DNA of 9,024 bases, from NCBI RefSeq assembly GCF_006345805.1, contig NW_021828125.1, positions 1 through 9,024 on the forward strand, written 5' to 3'. This DNA is from Octopus sinensis. Its lineage: Eukaryota. Under the pieces are notes generated by a model. It was not told the origin of the DNA, did no database searches, and saw only the letters and a program-made list of their open reading frames with translations. Position numbers and translations under genes: made by a program. Positions 8,763 to 9,024 of the stretch are shown one piece after another. Position 1 is the stretch's first letter; the number at the start of each line of letters is the position of its first letter.

Positions 8763-9024
8763 ATTATGTGAAATAGAAAGATGAATAATCTTGTGGTAGA
8801 TTAATCAAAAGTTAACGATACCTTAGTAGCAAAAATCACAGCAGTAAACAGCACGGTTGGAGGTAAAACCATATGGGTTGCCACCGTGCGTTGGTGCGGA
8901 TAATTGAAATTAAAACATTATTGGTGAATTGAAGAAATGGAGCTGAACGCAGATTGAACAGAAATCGTTTTATTCATTCTACACGTGTTTCAAAAGGCAC
9001 AAATTACCAAAATCCGATTGAATA
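8763..9024 (-). mobile_element. Start of the second copy of the PLE (3' extension and pLTR end, including the 3' half of hammerhead B at ~8971-9024)
   Basis: Duplicate of 1582-1844; contains the reverse complement of CTTTTGAAACACGTGTAGAATGAATA; cut by window end. Confidence 0.85.

Larger units (their letters stand above)
7185..9024. repeat. Copy B of the long direct repeat; runs to window end
   Basis: Begins tttcggatctcttcgttgat at 7185 (same as position 1) and ends ccgattgaata (same as 1834-1844). Confidence 0.97.

Overview
Eukaryotic (animal, AT-microsatellite-rich) repeat DNA with no host gene. The window is about 1.26 copies of a 7,184-bp unit: 1-1844 recurs at 7185-9024, with only 4 deleted bases seen in the second copy. 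Each unit holds three retroelement-derived modules separated by (TA)n tracts. (i) A 5'-truncated, frameshifted CR1-group-like LINE on the minus strand (4966-8487; partial copy 1-1306) with an ORF1 remnant, APE, RT, a 3' stem-loop and an (AAAAGAGT)n tail. (ii) A 5'-truncated Penelope-like element (about 1582-3369) with a GIY-YIG endonuclease remnant between ~540-bp inverted pseudo-LTRs, each carrying a type I hammerhead ribozyme motif. (iii) A non-coding ~1.16-kb element (3750-4912) built from a 527-bp unit in inverted plus tandem arrangement, carrying three copies of a second, different type I hammerhead; this is a retrozyme or solo-pLTR candidate. The hammerheads (two families, five full motifs plus one partial, all folded by eye) are the main signal not shown by the ORF track. 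Host assignment (possibly a cephalopod) and all clade names come from motif recognition, not database searches.
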